The position numbers and the translations under genes are program-made. This document shows positions 17,204 to 27,400 of a stretch of DNA of 59,743 bases, piece by piece; the stretch's first letter is position 1; each line of letters starts with the position of its first letter. The notes beneath the pieces were generated by a model. The model saw nothing but the letters and a program-made list of their open reading frames with translations, searched no databases and had not been told where the DNA came from. The stretch comes from a virus (Duplodnaviria > Caudoviricetes), in the IMG/VR virus record IMGVR_UViG_3300016476_000660, positions 1 to 59,743 of that record. One strand, given 5' to 3'.

Positions 17204-18093
17204 TGAAGATCCTCATAACCGGCGTCACTGAGACGCATACAAATCATCCACAACGTGCAAGCTCTACAAAGTTTGTGTCGATACCTGAATTGATGCGTAA
17301 TGCGTTTGAGCGACTGGTGCATGATGTAGATCATCGAGCAGTAGGGGCAGGTGAGGACCTTTCAGAATACCAAAAGGTCTTCATCTACCTGTACCCTGTA
17401 GATCATAACGCCGTTAATGTCAATGGCGCCATTTGGGCATTGCAGCAACGCCCAGATGCCTGGATCTGCCTCGATGATTGGTCATTCCAAAAGTTGCTGC
17501 CTACATGGGGCAACTTTATTGACCCAAAATTGCTTACCAATCGCACATGGTTGGCACCATTATTTCCATGGGGTGATGTTAAACAGATGGGCCTGCCGGT
17601 TGATGACTTACGTCATTGGGACCCATCACCTTTATACAACTTGCCTAAAGTACATAGACTGCGTTGGCAAGATAGAAAAACTGAGTGGTATAACGCATCT
17701 CTATCGAAAGACGCACATGAATGGGCCGACGCTCAAAATCTTACCTGGCCTATTCGTGCCGTGGGTGGAAAGTCCCTTGGACAACCTCGGGTTTTGGAGT
17801 CTCAAATTGTCTGGGAATACGGAGCCTATAAAGGCGTGCTTTGTCCTACCTACGCTCATGCCGGATGCGGGTGGTGGCGAGTCAGATATTTACATGCTGC
17901 ACATGCTGGAGCTATACTCGGTAGTGACCCCAAAGAAACAGGCATGATTCATCCGGCGTATGGCTATACGCTAAAAGAAATTGAGAAGATGGGTGATGAG
18001 GCCAGAGAATACTTGGCATGGTTGCAAGCAGATAAGCTAAAGGTTGCAACCTTGTATGAAACAATGCAAAAAGTAGAAGGGTGGCTTGCATGA
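17203..18093 (+). CDS. GT-B glycosyltransferase, T4 beta-glucosyltransferase-like
   Basis: By-eye colinearity with T4 BGT as recalled: MKILI start, DLSEYQKVFI, WICLDDW, and the C-lobe GWWRVRYLHAAHAGAILGSD. Confidence 0.6.
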   Translation: MKILITGVTETHTNHPQRASSTKFVSIPELMRNAFERLVHDVDHRAVGAGEDLSEYQKVFIYLYPVDHNAVNVNGAIWALQQRPDAWICLDDWSFQKLLPTWGNFIDPKLLTNRTWLAPLFPWGDVKQMGLPVDDLRHWDPSPLYNLPKVHRLRWQDRKTEWYNASLSKDAHEWADAQNLTWPIRAVGGKSLGQPRVLESQIVWEYGAYKGVLCPTYAHAGCGWWRVRYLHAAHAGAILGSDPKETGMIHPAYGYTLKEIEKMGDEAREYLAWLQADKLKVATLYETMQKVEGWLA

Positions 18094-19034
18094 TCATAAT
18101 TCTTGAAGGGCCAGATGGTGGTGGTAAAACCACTTTATCTGAAAAGCTACGACAAATGCTCAATCATGAAAGATTGACAAGCGTCGTAAAGCATGGTCCT
18201 TATACGGGCATGTCATCTGAAGAATTATGCAAAACATACTTCAGATCCATGGCGCAGGCATTGACCTACGATGACCACGTTATATTGGATCGTAGTTGGC
18301 TCTCTGAGCCAATCTATGGTGAGGTATATCGTAATGGCGTGACTCGTATAGATATGCCGCGGCATCGCATGCTAGAACGAGTAGCATTAACTCGAGGCGC
18401 AGTGGTTATTCATTGCCAACCTGAGTTTGCGCTATGTGTTGATACATTCAAGATGCGTAAAGATATTGAGTACCTTGATACCACCGAGCAATTGGGGCGT
18501 GTATATGAGGCATACGAGACATTACCTATGCATACATGCTTGCCTATCGTGCACTATGATTATGAGAAAGATACCGTCAGCGACTTATTGGAAAAAGTCA
18601 TGGCCAAGTCAGTGCCTAATCGCGCGTCCGGAGGTGGCTGCTTTAAGGAAGGTAATATCCTTATGCTTTGCGATAAAGGCCCTCGTACTAACATGCGAGC
18701 CTCTGCGGCAGTAATTCCTTTTATCAACTTTTTGGATGATGATGGCCCTAGTCGCATGCTGGCCAATGCATTAGAGAATGAAGGTGTACCAGAGAAAGAT
18801 CTTTACTGGATCAACACGCAAAACTATCTTGGTACTCCAACTGACGCCAAGTTCATCAAGCAGCTTAAGCCAAGCCGTATTTTTGCTCTAGGCAATAACG
18901 CCTACACATGGGCTATGAACGCAGGCATACAAGCTTATAAGTTGCCGCCACCGCTGTACCATATGCAGCATTTCCCGCATTTGCCGTACCACATTACTGA
19001 GAGCGACTATGGAAATACCACTCATTCATCGTGA
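18090..19034 (+). CDS. dNMP/thymidylate kinase fused to a degenerate UDG-like domain
   Basis: IILEGPDGGGKTT and LDRSWLSEPIYG. C-terminal ILMLCDKGP..PF..LYWIN..LKPSRIFALGNNA..PPPLY. Confidence 0.75.
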   Translation: MIIILEGPDGGGKTTLSEKLRQMLNHERLTSVVKHGPYTGMSSEELCKTYFRSMAQALTYDDHVILDRSWLSEPIYGEVYRNGVTRIDMPRHRMLERVALTRGAVVIHCQPEFALCVDTFKMRKDIEYLDTTEQLGRVYEAYETLPMHTCLPIVHYDYEKDTVSDLLEKVMAKSVPNRASGGGCFKEGNILMLCDKGPRTNMRASAAVIPFINFLDDDGPSRMLANALENEGVPEKDLYWINTQNYLGTPTDAKFIKQLKPSRIFALGNNAYTWAMNAGIQAYKLPPPLYHMQHFPHLPYHITESDYGNTTHSS

Positions 19035-19794
19035 AGAAGATCTCATCCTACTTTATAAAGCACTTGAATACCGCGGCGTTACGTCAGAGCCTCGTGGTGA
19101 GCGCACGCTTGAGATTGAGAATTTTACGTACACTGTCAATCCTTTTGTTCGTTTCAATAATTTTGTCGGCCGTAATTTTAATCTCAACTACCTTAAACGC
19201 GAAATGGCTTGGTATATAAAGGCTGACCCCTTCGATACCTCTATTGCTGAGCATGCTGCGCAATGGGGCAAAATTATTGTCAATGGCAAACTAAATAGCA
19301 ACTATGGCTCATATTGGTTTGGCAAGTACGGTGTACGGCATATCGTAAGTATCTTGCAAAAAGACCCTATGAGTCGTCGTGCTGTCATACCTATGTATGG
19401 CACTGATGTAGACCACATGGATAGTGAGGCCAAAGATGTCCCTTGTACGATTGCTATTGAGTTTCGTCTACGCCGGGGTCGGCTTAATGCAAGAGCTATT
19501 ATGCGTAGCCAAGACATTCTATGGGGAATGGCTAATGATCTCCCAACTTTCTCGTTCTTGCAAGAAATTATTGCTGTCTTGCTTAACGCAGAAGTTGGAA
19601 CATTGACCATATCTGTAGGCTCATTTCATGTCTACGAATCCAGAATGAAAATGTTCAAAGAGATTATTGAAAAGTCAACGCATCAACCTGTAGCAGACCC
19701 GCCACCGCGTATTCAAAGATACGAAGCCCATATGTTAATGGATAAGCACATTGACAGCTCACACGCATTCTCACGCTGGCTGCTTAATGTATAA
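19009..19794 (+). CDS. Thymidylate synthase superfamily enzyme, dCMP-hydroxymethylase-like
   Basis: NSNYG, SRRA, catalytic PC, RSQD..WG..ND (Asp at the specificity site), GSFHVY. Confidence 0.8.
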   Translation: MEIPLIHREEDLILLYKALEYRGVTSEPRGERTLEIENFTYTVNPFVRFNNFVGRNFNLNYLKREMAWYIKADPFDTSIAEHAAQWGKIIVNGKLNSNYGSYWFGKYGVRHIVSILQKDPMSRRAVIPMYGTDVDHMDSEAKDVPCTIAIEFRLRRGRLNARAIMRSQDILWGMANDLPTFSFLQEIIAVLLNAEVGTLTISVGSFHVYESRMKMFKEIIEKSTHQPVADPPPRIQRYEAHMLMDKHIDSSHAFSRWLLNV

Positions 19795-19832
19795 TTTCAC
19801 GTGTAATACCTGACCATTGAAAGGAACGTACC

Positions 19833-20555
19833 ATGACTATCAATCGTATACGTTGGACATCCAGAGAGCGTGGCGAAGTCATTACAGCCACTGCCAAAAA
19901 GCTCAATGACGGCTACAAAATAAGCGATGCGTTGCGTGCAGCGCAACAAACACTTGAGCCCGATAGACGTAGACCAGAAGGCAGCCTTCTTGCAGCAGCT
20001 GACATCATTGCAGCGGCACGTAAATTGGCCAATTCGACAATCCCAGCAAAGCGTAGCATAGACATAGCCGAGTCAAGGGGTGATAAACCTATCACAGTAT
20101 GTGAAGCTATGGTCGCTGAGCCTCAACCAGTGCATCGAGTTGAAGGTTCATTGGATAGTCTAATAGACACCATAGCGCAAAAGATTGCCAGCTCCATAAA
20201 AACAGAAGTTGCCAAAGCTGTCAAAGAGTTAGAGCACGAGTTCAAAGTTGCACGAAATAATCCAGAATATGAGGCAAACGGGAAATCTAAGCCCCGTGTT
20301 ACTATTATTGGACTACGCGAAGATCAGATGTCAATGATTGAGCATGAATACTCACATCGGTTTGTTTTCAAGTTTCTTACCACCGATGACGCAAAAGGCG
20401 CTATTACAACTGACGCCGATGCGTACTTAATTATGAAAAATTTTGTTTCTCATGCAGTATATGAGAAGTACCAGATATATAAAAATCACGTCCTGATTGA
20501 CGGGGGCATGACGGCGTTGCGGGGTTGGTTATCGACTAAAGGAGTTGAACTATGA
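19833..20555 (+). CDS. Hypothetical protein (C-terminal DUF2325-like alpha/beta domain)
   Basis: TTGAAAGGA RBS. RVTIIG...ADAYLIMKNFVSH. Confidence 0.6.
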   Translation: MTINRIRWTSRERGEVITATAKKLNDGYKISDALRAAQQTLEPDRRRPEGSLLAAADIIAAARKLANSTIPAKRSIDIAESRGDKPITVCEAMVAEPQPVHRVEGSLDSLIDTIAQKIASSIKTEVAKAVKELEHEFKVARNNPEYEANGKSKPRVTIIGLREDQMSMIEHEYSHRFVFKFLTTDDAKGAITTDADAYLIMKNFVSHAVYEKYQIYKNHVLIDGGMTALRGWLSTKGVEL

Positions 20556-20785
20556 GCATTCCCTTTGAGTACGTATACACGCCTTCAACCACTGACGTAA
20601 CTATTCGTTGGCGTGTCAAATACGGTTGGGTTCCACCTACTGAGCAGGACAATTTTAAAAAGAAGTGGGCTGAGTTTAGAGCTCAATCTGCTCGAGGCAT
20701 TGAGAGTCTTGAGCCTCATGAGGACCCCATTAATGACAAAAAGCATGACAACTCTGGAAGGATAATCCAATGGAAGACCAAATAA
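20552..20785 (+). CDS. Hypothetical protein
   Basis: AGGAG RBS and ATGA overlap. Confidence 0.7.
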   Translation: MSIPFEYVYTPSTTDVTIRWRVKYGWVPPTEQDNFKKKWAEFRAQSARGIESLEPHEDPINDKKHDNSGRIIQWKTK

Positions 20786-20943
20786 AGCAAGAGTATCATG
20801 ACTGGATGAGTCTGCTTCTCAAAACCAAGAACATGGACTTGCTTAGAGATCCTTACAATGTGTGGCTAGAAGCTTGGCATGTGGCAACGATTCATGCGCA
20901 AAAAAAGACCCCCGTACTAGACGGGGGTAAAACCACAAGCTAG
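20770..20943 (+). CDS. Hypothetical protein (57 aa, not in ORF track)
   Basis: MEDQIKQEYHDW...PYNVWLEAW. Last gene of the plus-strand arm. Confidence 0.55.
   Translation: MEDQIKQEYHDWMSLLLKTKNMDLLRDPYNVWLEAWHVATIHAQKKTPVLDGGKTTS
20900..20928 (-). terminator. Rho-independent terminator of the late arm
   Basis: ACCCCCGT-N5-ACGGGGGT stem followed by a T7 run on the minus strand, at the convergence of the two arms. Confidence 0.8.
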
Positions 20944-20951
20944 GCGCGAGT

Positions 20952-22145
20952 TTACCTAGGTTGTGGCGTTGCGGCGGGAGAAAGAGGAGACTCGCCGGTA
21001 TAACCTTTGTAAAGTTCATACGCCAAAGGCGGAGCAGATAGTAGCAACCCTGCACCCTTGGCTGCAGGATGAGGCAAGGTCATGAGTGCACCACCTGTGG
21101 CTGAGAGACCATGCATGACGGCGCCAGGTATATCACCACGTTGACCAGCTTCGTAGGCTTGTACGCCCTCGTAGCCCGCCATGCCACCACCTAAAGTGCT
21201 ACCTAATGGGAAGTTCTTGACTGCGTAGCCAAGTCGCTTCATAACGCCAGGCTGGTTCATCTCTTGCAGAATTTGGGCACGTTGGCCGGCCTTGGACGCC
21301 GCAGTTTGCGTTGAGGTAAGCCCCTTTTGCAATTGCTCAAGCTCCAGCTTGGTTTGGTTAAGAGCCGAACTGGCTTGCTCAAACTTAGCTTGCGCTTGTT
21401 GCAGACGGTTGTAAGCTTGCTCTTGAACTGGAGATGTAAATTGCCCAGAGAACTCAGGGGCGTTAGGCACAATCAAACCAGATCGAGCTGCTTTGAATTT
21501 TGCAGCCTCACCTGTTTTCTCAAGTTCCTGCTGCAAACGATAGCCACGAGTAGCCTCAGTAACAGACTCACCCCCTGGGCCCATACTGCCTACAACTTTA
21601 CGGGACCATTTGTCACCAGCAGCTTCACCGGGTGCTGAGATCTCAGTAGGCAAATTGTAGCGTGCAGCTTGTGCTCGAGCCTGTGACAACTCACGTTGGG
21701 CGTCATCCAATGCAATTTCCAATGACTGTTGCCGTGACAGTAGATTTTGCATTTGTCGTGATGTAGATTGCGCTTCTTTTTGCCCAATCTTTGACGTAGC
21801 TTTAAGTTCTTGAATACGAGCTTCGCGTTGCGGTAAACGAGGAAATGGCTGACGATTAAGCGCGTAGCCGGTTGCAGCGCCAGAAAGCGCAGCAGATTCT
21901 TTACTAATAGGTGAAGCTTTAGGGCCAACTGTAGAAGGTTGTACAGTGGCGCCAGGCGCAGGCCCGGTAGTAGGCCCTGCGGTAAAAACCTCATCTACAG
22001 CAGACAGATCAGTTGAGTCTTGTGGAATTTGTGGTAAAGGCGCAGTTGAGACCTCACGCGGTTTACGTCGCGGTCCAGTTTTCTTTGCTGCAGGCGCGCT
22101 AGGCGTTGCAAAGATAGGGTCTAGATCTTCAAGACGATCTGCCAT
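20952..22145 (-). CDS. Putative internal virion/ejection protein
   Basis: Coiled coils and a Gly/Ala-rich hydrophobic C-terminus. End of the late operon. Confidence 0.6.
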   Translation of the reverse strand: MADRLEDLDPIFATPSAPAAKKTGPRRKPREVSTAPLPQIPQDSTDLSAVDEVFTAGPTTGPAPGATVQPSTVGPKASPISKESAALSGAATGYALNRQPFPRLPQREARIQELKATSKIGQKEAQSTSRQMQNLLSRQQSLEIALDDAQRELSQARAQAARYNLPTEISAPGEAAGDKWSRKVVGSMGPGGESVTEATRGYRLQQELEKTGEAAKFKAARSGLIVPNAPEFSGQFTSPVQEQAYNRLQQAQAKFEQASSALNQTKLELEQLQKGLTSTQTAASKAGQRAQILQEMNQPGVMKRLGYAVKNFPLGSTLGGGMAGYEGVQAYEAGQRGDIPGAVMHGLSATGGALMTLPHPAAKGAGLLLSAPPLAYELYKGYTGESPLSPAATPQPR

Positions 22146-22147
22146 GA

Positions 22148-23530
22148 TTACCTCTTATAGGGGTAGTGTTGCTCATATAACTGACCATACAGGCTTTGGT
22201 AGCGATTTGCAATATCGTTATAAGGCCTTGAGCCAAAGAAATCGCCAAAGGGCACACGCAAGCCTGTCTCTTTATCCCAATTGCGCAATGCAGTAAAGTA
22301 GTCTTGCCGCATCTTCATGCCGAGAATACTTTCTTTTGCATAGTACTTAATGGCGTCAGCGGCGTCACGTGGAGACACCATCGGCGCTTGCAGCAATGTC
22401 ACGTCAGCATTAGAAATCTGAGGGCCAAGAACTGACTTATTGACTCGAGCATTCTCAAAGAATTGACGCGCAATAATGGTGCTGGCACGAGCCAAGACTT
22501 TTTGCTCATCAGGCGACAACTTGACTTTGGACAAGAATTCTTGCACAGGCGCTGAGAATGAGCCCCATGGAGTATTAACGCCTTTATCAGCAGCAGCTTG
22601 CAAACCCGCCAAAAGGCCTTGTTGCTGCATCAAGCCCCAGATTTGCGGATACTTATCTGCCAAGTCATGCAATTCTTTTAAGTCACGAACGTTGGAATTA
22701 ACTCGATCCGGCGTCCAAGAATTGAAAACGTTGCGCTGTTCTTTCCACTCTTCATCTGATAGCTTTTGGCGCTCTTTCATACCTTCAGCACGAACAGCCA
22801 ATGGCACACCAGCATCACTGCGGGATGTGTCGATAGTTGTAGGTGGCTGTTGTACAGGTGATGGCGCTGCACGACCGCTAGGCGTCAATGGGGCTGCAGG
22901 TGCAGTTGTATCAGTTGAGCCAGGGCGCAAAGCATTAAGATACTCAGGCGGTATCATTTGCAAGAACTCAGGGCCAAACTTGGCTTCCATCTCGGCCAAA
23001 GAAACTCCAGACTTAATCATTTCAAGGAAGTTCTTAATGGCATCATTCTCCATTGCTGCTGAGTTCTTTAGAATCTCGCCAAGTTTAGGGTACTTGGCAG
23101 CAAAAGCGGCGTAAATATCAGGCGTAATCTTGCGAGTTATACCAGCTGGGAAGCGACCTGTTTGTACACCTTCAGCAGTTTGTTGCGGAGAGGTACCCAG
23201 CAATTGCCCAAGCATTTTCATACCTTCAGCTTGATTGGCCAATTCATATTTTTGACCTGCAATTTGGGCTCGTAGTTGCGCAATAGGTAGCGCCAATTCC
23301 TGTTGACGACTTTGATCTTGTGCTATAGCACCGGCAGCTCGACCAAGAGCCTCACCAAATGTGCCTGTGCGGCCAGGGTCAAGAAACTGCGCCGCAACGT
23401 TCCACATATTGGTGCCTTGGCGAGCTTCAAGTGCGCCTAAGGTCTTATTTAGAGCGTCTAGATACTCTGCTTGTGCCCCTTCATCGAGACCTATGCCTGA
23501 AGGCGCTTTGGGAATTGTGGGTAGTGCCAT
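22148..23530 (-). CDS. Putative internal virion/ejection protein
   Basis: TGTFGEALG, helical, GPQISNAD. Position matches the podophage ejection genes. Confidence 0.6.
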   Translation of the reverse strand: MALPTIPKAPSGIGLDEGAQAEYLDALNKTLGALEARQGTNMWNVAAQFLDPGRTGTFGEALGRAAGAIAQDQSRQQELALPIAQLRAQIAGQKYELANQAEGMKMLGQLLGTSPQQTAEGVQTGRFPAGITRKITPDIYAAFAAKYPKLGEILKNSAAMENDAIKNFLEMIKSGVSLAEMEAKFGPEFLQMIPPEYLNALRPGSTDTTAPAAPLTPSGRAAPSPVQQPPTTIDTSRSDAGVPLAVRAEGMKERQKLSDEEWKEQRNVFNSWTPDRVNSNVRDLKELHDLADKYPQIWGLMQQQGLLAGLQAAADKGVNTPWGSFSAPVQEFLSKVKLSPDEQKVLARASTIIARQFFENARVNKSVLGPQISNADVTLLQAPMVSPRDAADAIKYYAKESILGMKMRQDYFTALRNWDKETGLRVPFGDFFGSRPYNDIANRYQSLYGQLYEQHYPYKR

Positions 23531-23539
23531 GGTAGCCTC

Positions 23540-24439
23540 TTAAAATTGCTTGCTTAGCCAATCCCAAGCGCTTGATGCGCCCTTGGAAATAACATCACCT
23601 AATGTGCCGCCTATTGTATTAGAACCTACGTTTGCACCAAGCAATGAGCCAAGACCCGCAATCTGCGCCAAAGGCGATGCCGCATATGCGCCAGGTAGTG
23701 GGCCTTGATACGTAGAAGATACGTCAGTTGGCACACTATAGCCTTTGATAAGCTGCGAAGTCGTGCCTAAAGTCTGTAATGGGAACAACTGCTGCGCCTG
23801 GCCAATTTGCTGCTGCTGTGCTCCAAGTGTGGCCAATGCGTTGACATCACCAAGACCAAGTTGCTGTTGCGTGCCAGCCAAACCACCAAGTTGCTGCGCG
23901 CCGGCTAACTGTCGAGCCAAGTCAGTTTGCGCAGCCGTCATGGCATTTTGATACCCTTGGCTAAGTGCCAAAGATTGGCGGCCACCAATATCAGCTAATG
24001 CATCACGAATGGTGCGGCCTAATACTTGAGCTCCGCGTTGAGACCCAAATTGGCCTGTGCCTACTGCGCCAGATACTGCGCCTGGCGCAAGATTCTCAAC
24101 AATATTGCGCTGCCCTAGCCGACCAATCTCGCCTACAACTTGTGAAGTATAGGGGTCCATGTATTGGCCTACGACAGAAGGTGCTGTGGTACCACCTGCT
24201 GTTTGAGCCATATTGACTGCCGCTTGCAATGTAGGCGCATAAGTACCCACATTGGCTTTGGTCAAGTCAAAAGCTTGTTGTTGTAATGGCGTTGCGCCAA
24301 CAAACTGAGCTTGTTGCCCAGCTTGCATGCCTTGCTGCGCAATATTACTGAGATAGTCAGTATACCAACTTGGCGCGGCAGTCTTTTGCGCCTGTGTGAC
24401 TGTTACGCTTGGTAGCGCTTCGCCGACAGTAAGTGCCAT
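23540..24439 (-). CDS. Putative DNA pilot/ejection protein
   Basis: Gln/Gly/Ala-rich, YMDPY, GQFGSQR, amphipathic C-terminus. Confidence 0.65.
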   Translation of the reverse strand: MALTVGEALPSVTVTQAQKTAAPSWYTDYLSNIAQQGMQAGQQAQFVGATPLQQQAFDLTKANVGTYAPTLQAAVNMAQTAGGTTAPSVVGQYMDPYTSQVVGEIGRLGQRNIVENLAPGAVSGAVGTGQFGSQRGAQVLGRTIRDALADIGGRQSLALSQGYQNAMTAAQTDLARQLAGAQQLGGLAGTQQQLGLGDVNALATLGAQQQQIGQAQQLFPLQTLGTTSQLIKGYSVPTDVSSTYQGPLPGAYAASPLAQIAGLGSLLGANVGSNTIGGTLGDVISKGASSAWDWLSKQF

Positions 24440-24442
24440 GAT

Positions 24443-27400
24443 TTAGCCTTTCAAATATTCCAAAGGTGACTTCGCAGCCGGCGGAATCTTCTTATGCGAA
24501 GCCGACCGCTTATGCTTGCGAATATTTTCTCTCATCTTATCCAACATTTTTGCGCCAGCTTTATTGGAGCCATTCCCCAAAGCTGCTACGGTATCTGCAT
24601 CAAATACGTACTCACCATCAGCTAGCATAGCCGGTATGCTGTCTGACTGGCCATCACCCTCGCCCTCAACATAATAACCTGTTTTTCCCGTAATAAACTG
24701 TGGTGTATGTACATCACCGCCACTTCTAAACATGAAGGGCTGAGCCCGTTCTGATTGTTGCAAACCAGCCATCTGTCTTGCGTCAAAGCTGAACTCGTTT
24801 GGCGCAATCAAATTAGTTCTATCTGTCTCTGCCGGGCCTAGTGCCGGTTGCTGAGACTGTTGCGCACCTTCATCTTTGAGGTATTGCGTATACATATCCA
24901 ATGGCGACTGCTGCTGTTGAGCGCCATAAGTATAATAGCTTTGGTCTGGTAGGCGAGATGAGATAACGTCTAATAGCCCGCGATCTACATTAGCCAGCCC
25001 AGGGTAAAGTTGTTGCAATTGCAGTAGTTGATCATAAGCCATTTGTGGCACCCTAGTTTGCAGCATTGTCGGTGTAGGCTGCTGCGGAGTTGCGCCTGAC
25101 AGCGTAGGCGTGGCTAGTAGACTCAATGAGCCGGCGCCAGGTATACCTGTTGCAGCAGTTCTAATATTCCCCATCCCTGCCAAAGCTTCCGGCGTATATT
25201 CTGTTAATGGAAACTCTTGCGATGCCTTTGCATACTCATCAAACTCAGGTGTGTCTTGTTCTTCACTAGGTAAATATCGCCAAGGTTGGGTTTCAATTTC
25301 CCGTTGCCCTATAACCTCAACCTCTTCCAACGTACGTGGATCAACGGGCTTTGTAACAATAGATGAGCCATCTATTGAGCCCAGAGCGCCTAAAGCGGCC
25401 TGCCGTTGTATATCCTCATAGCCATATTGCCCAGTTGCGTAACCTGGTAGAGACGTGGCCAATTGCCAATCAGTTGGCGTTGCGCCACCGCCTAATGTAC
25501 TTAATGCACCAGCCCCAGCTTGACCTGTAATGCTTGAGTAATCAGGCCCCAGGTCGCCCATGGCCATGACCTGATCAACAGGCAAGCCTGCTGTAGTTTG
25601 CTTAGGCGACGTATCTGAACTTTGCGCCTTCAACCCAGATGCAGCAATGGATGGGCCGGCTGCCTGCAATGCAGCGTATAGATCTTCACCACGTACAAAA
25701 GCTTCAGACCCAACTTTAGCTACATTGCCTGCTGCGTCCAGCATAAAAGGCAATGCGCCGCTGTCTTTCAGATACGTAGCAACGGCATTTTGAGCTTTGG
25801 CAGATGTAAAGTTGCCTGTAACATTGGCAAGAATATTCTCACCTACTTTATCCGGCGCAATGGCTGCAGATGCTAATCCGGTGGTGATGCCTTGCGCAAT
25901 GGTTTGTTGTGCTTGGTCAAGTGAGATGCCTGCAAGTTTGGCAACAGCTTTTACATTCTCAACATTACCTAACGCTGTATTGGCAATATCTGCTGCTTTG
26001 ACTTGCGCCAATGCACCGGCGCCACCCATAAGAGCGCCTTGCAAAACGTTACCACCGGTTAATGCAGCTAAACCTGCATTAGTTACTGCGCCTGCAAGTG
26101 CGCCACTAGCGGCAGCACTTAAACCTGTAGCCGTACCAATTTGACCTGCCAATGCACTAGTAAGACCTGGCATAGCAAGCGAGGCTGCAATAGCAGCAAT
26201 TGGTAATAGATCACCGTACCAAGTCTCTCCAGTGACGTTCCTAGTGGCTGTGTAGTAATTAGCCATAGGGGCGCCCTGCTCATTAGTTACAGGGACTAGG
26301 TTTCCTGAACCATCTGCGCGGAACAGCAGAGCAGCATGTTTGTTGCCATCAATAGAGTTGGCAACCATGTAGAAATCTTTGGTACGATCAGCAATGTCGT
26401 TGTACAAAGATTGCTGGTCAAGAACTTTTGTAGTGCTTTTTTGCCCGTATGCGCCAGTAGTTTCTTTGGTCGTGTAGTAATCGTTAATGTCTATGCCAAG
26501 CTGATCTGCTGCTTTCTTAAAATCAGCATCTGTAGCGCCTTGGTTAGTACCCGCTTTGACTATACCAGGGGCACCTTGCATACCTTGCTGAACAGTGCCT
26601 CGGTCCAAACCAACAATTGCAGGGCCGCGCATTGCAGTAGACGCGTCAGACTTAACGTTCCAACCAAACTTATTCCAATTGTCTCGATACTGCTGAGTAT
26701 CTATTTTGTTGCTCTTGTATCGATCAAGTACTGCATCAAGACCACCTTGATCAAGTATAGGTAAATGCGTATTAGGGTCAATATTACTAAAAACGTCTGG
26801 ATTGGCGCCTTGAATATTGACTGTAGGTATGCCTTTGGTAAAATCAAGATTGGAAACTACACCAGAAATCTGACTTGTAAAATCAGATAAGCCTACGCCC
26901 TTGACAGCATTATTAAGATCTACAACAAGCTTTTGCGCTGCAGTTGCGTCAGCTTTACGCGTAATGCTGCCGGCGTTATCAGCAATGGTTTGCGCGTAAT
27001 CACGTACTTGGTTATATGAGTCGTATTGTGTATTAAGTGCTGCCTGTTCTTTATCTTGCGCTGTGTAATATTTATTTTGTGCTGCGTCAAAAGTTTTATA
27101 CGCGGCTTCGTAAGCTCTTTGCGCAGGCAATATTGTGCCGCTTTGATAAGCTTTTTCAGCAGCTGCACGCGCTTTATCTAAATTAGTATACGCAGTATCA
27201 ACAGTTTTATTTGCAGAATTTAATGCGCGCTCAAGTGCTGCACGATTCTTATCTGTGGCATTATCCAGCTTTTGTTGGGCGAGATCTCTGTTTTTCTCAG
27301 CAGTTGCAATAGCTTTTTGCGCATTGACATAGCCAGAATTCTTTGACAAATATGACTGGTCATCAAATGCCGCTTGCAGTTGTTGCAGCTTCTGCTCAGC

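Noticed and set aside
19009-19794. Ordinary thymidylate synthase ThyA
   Set aside because: Asp rather than Asn at the specificity position, the NSNYG motif and the gene context favour a dCMP-modifying enzyme. Not formally excluded.
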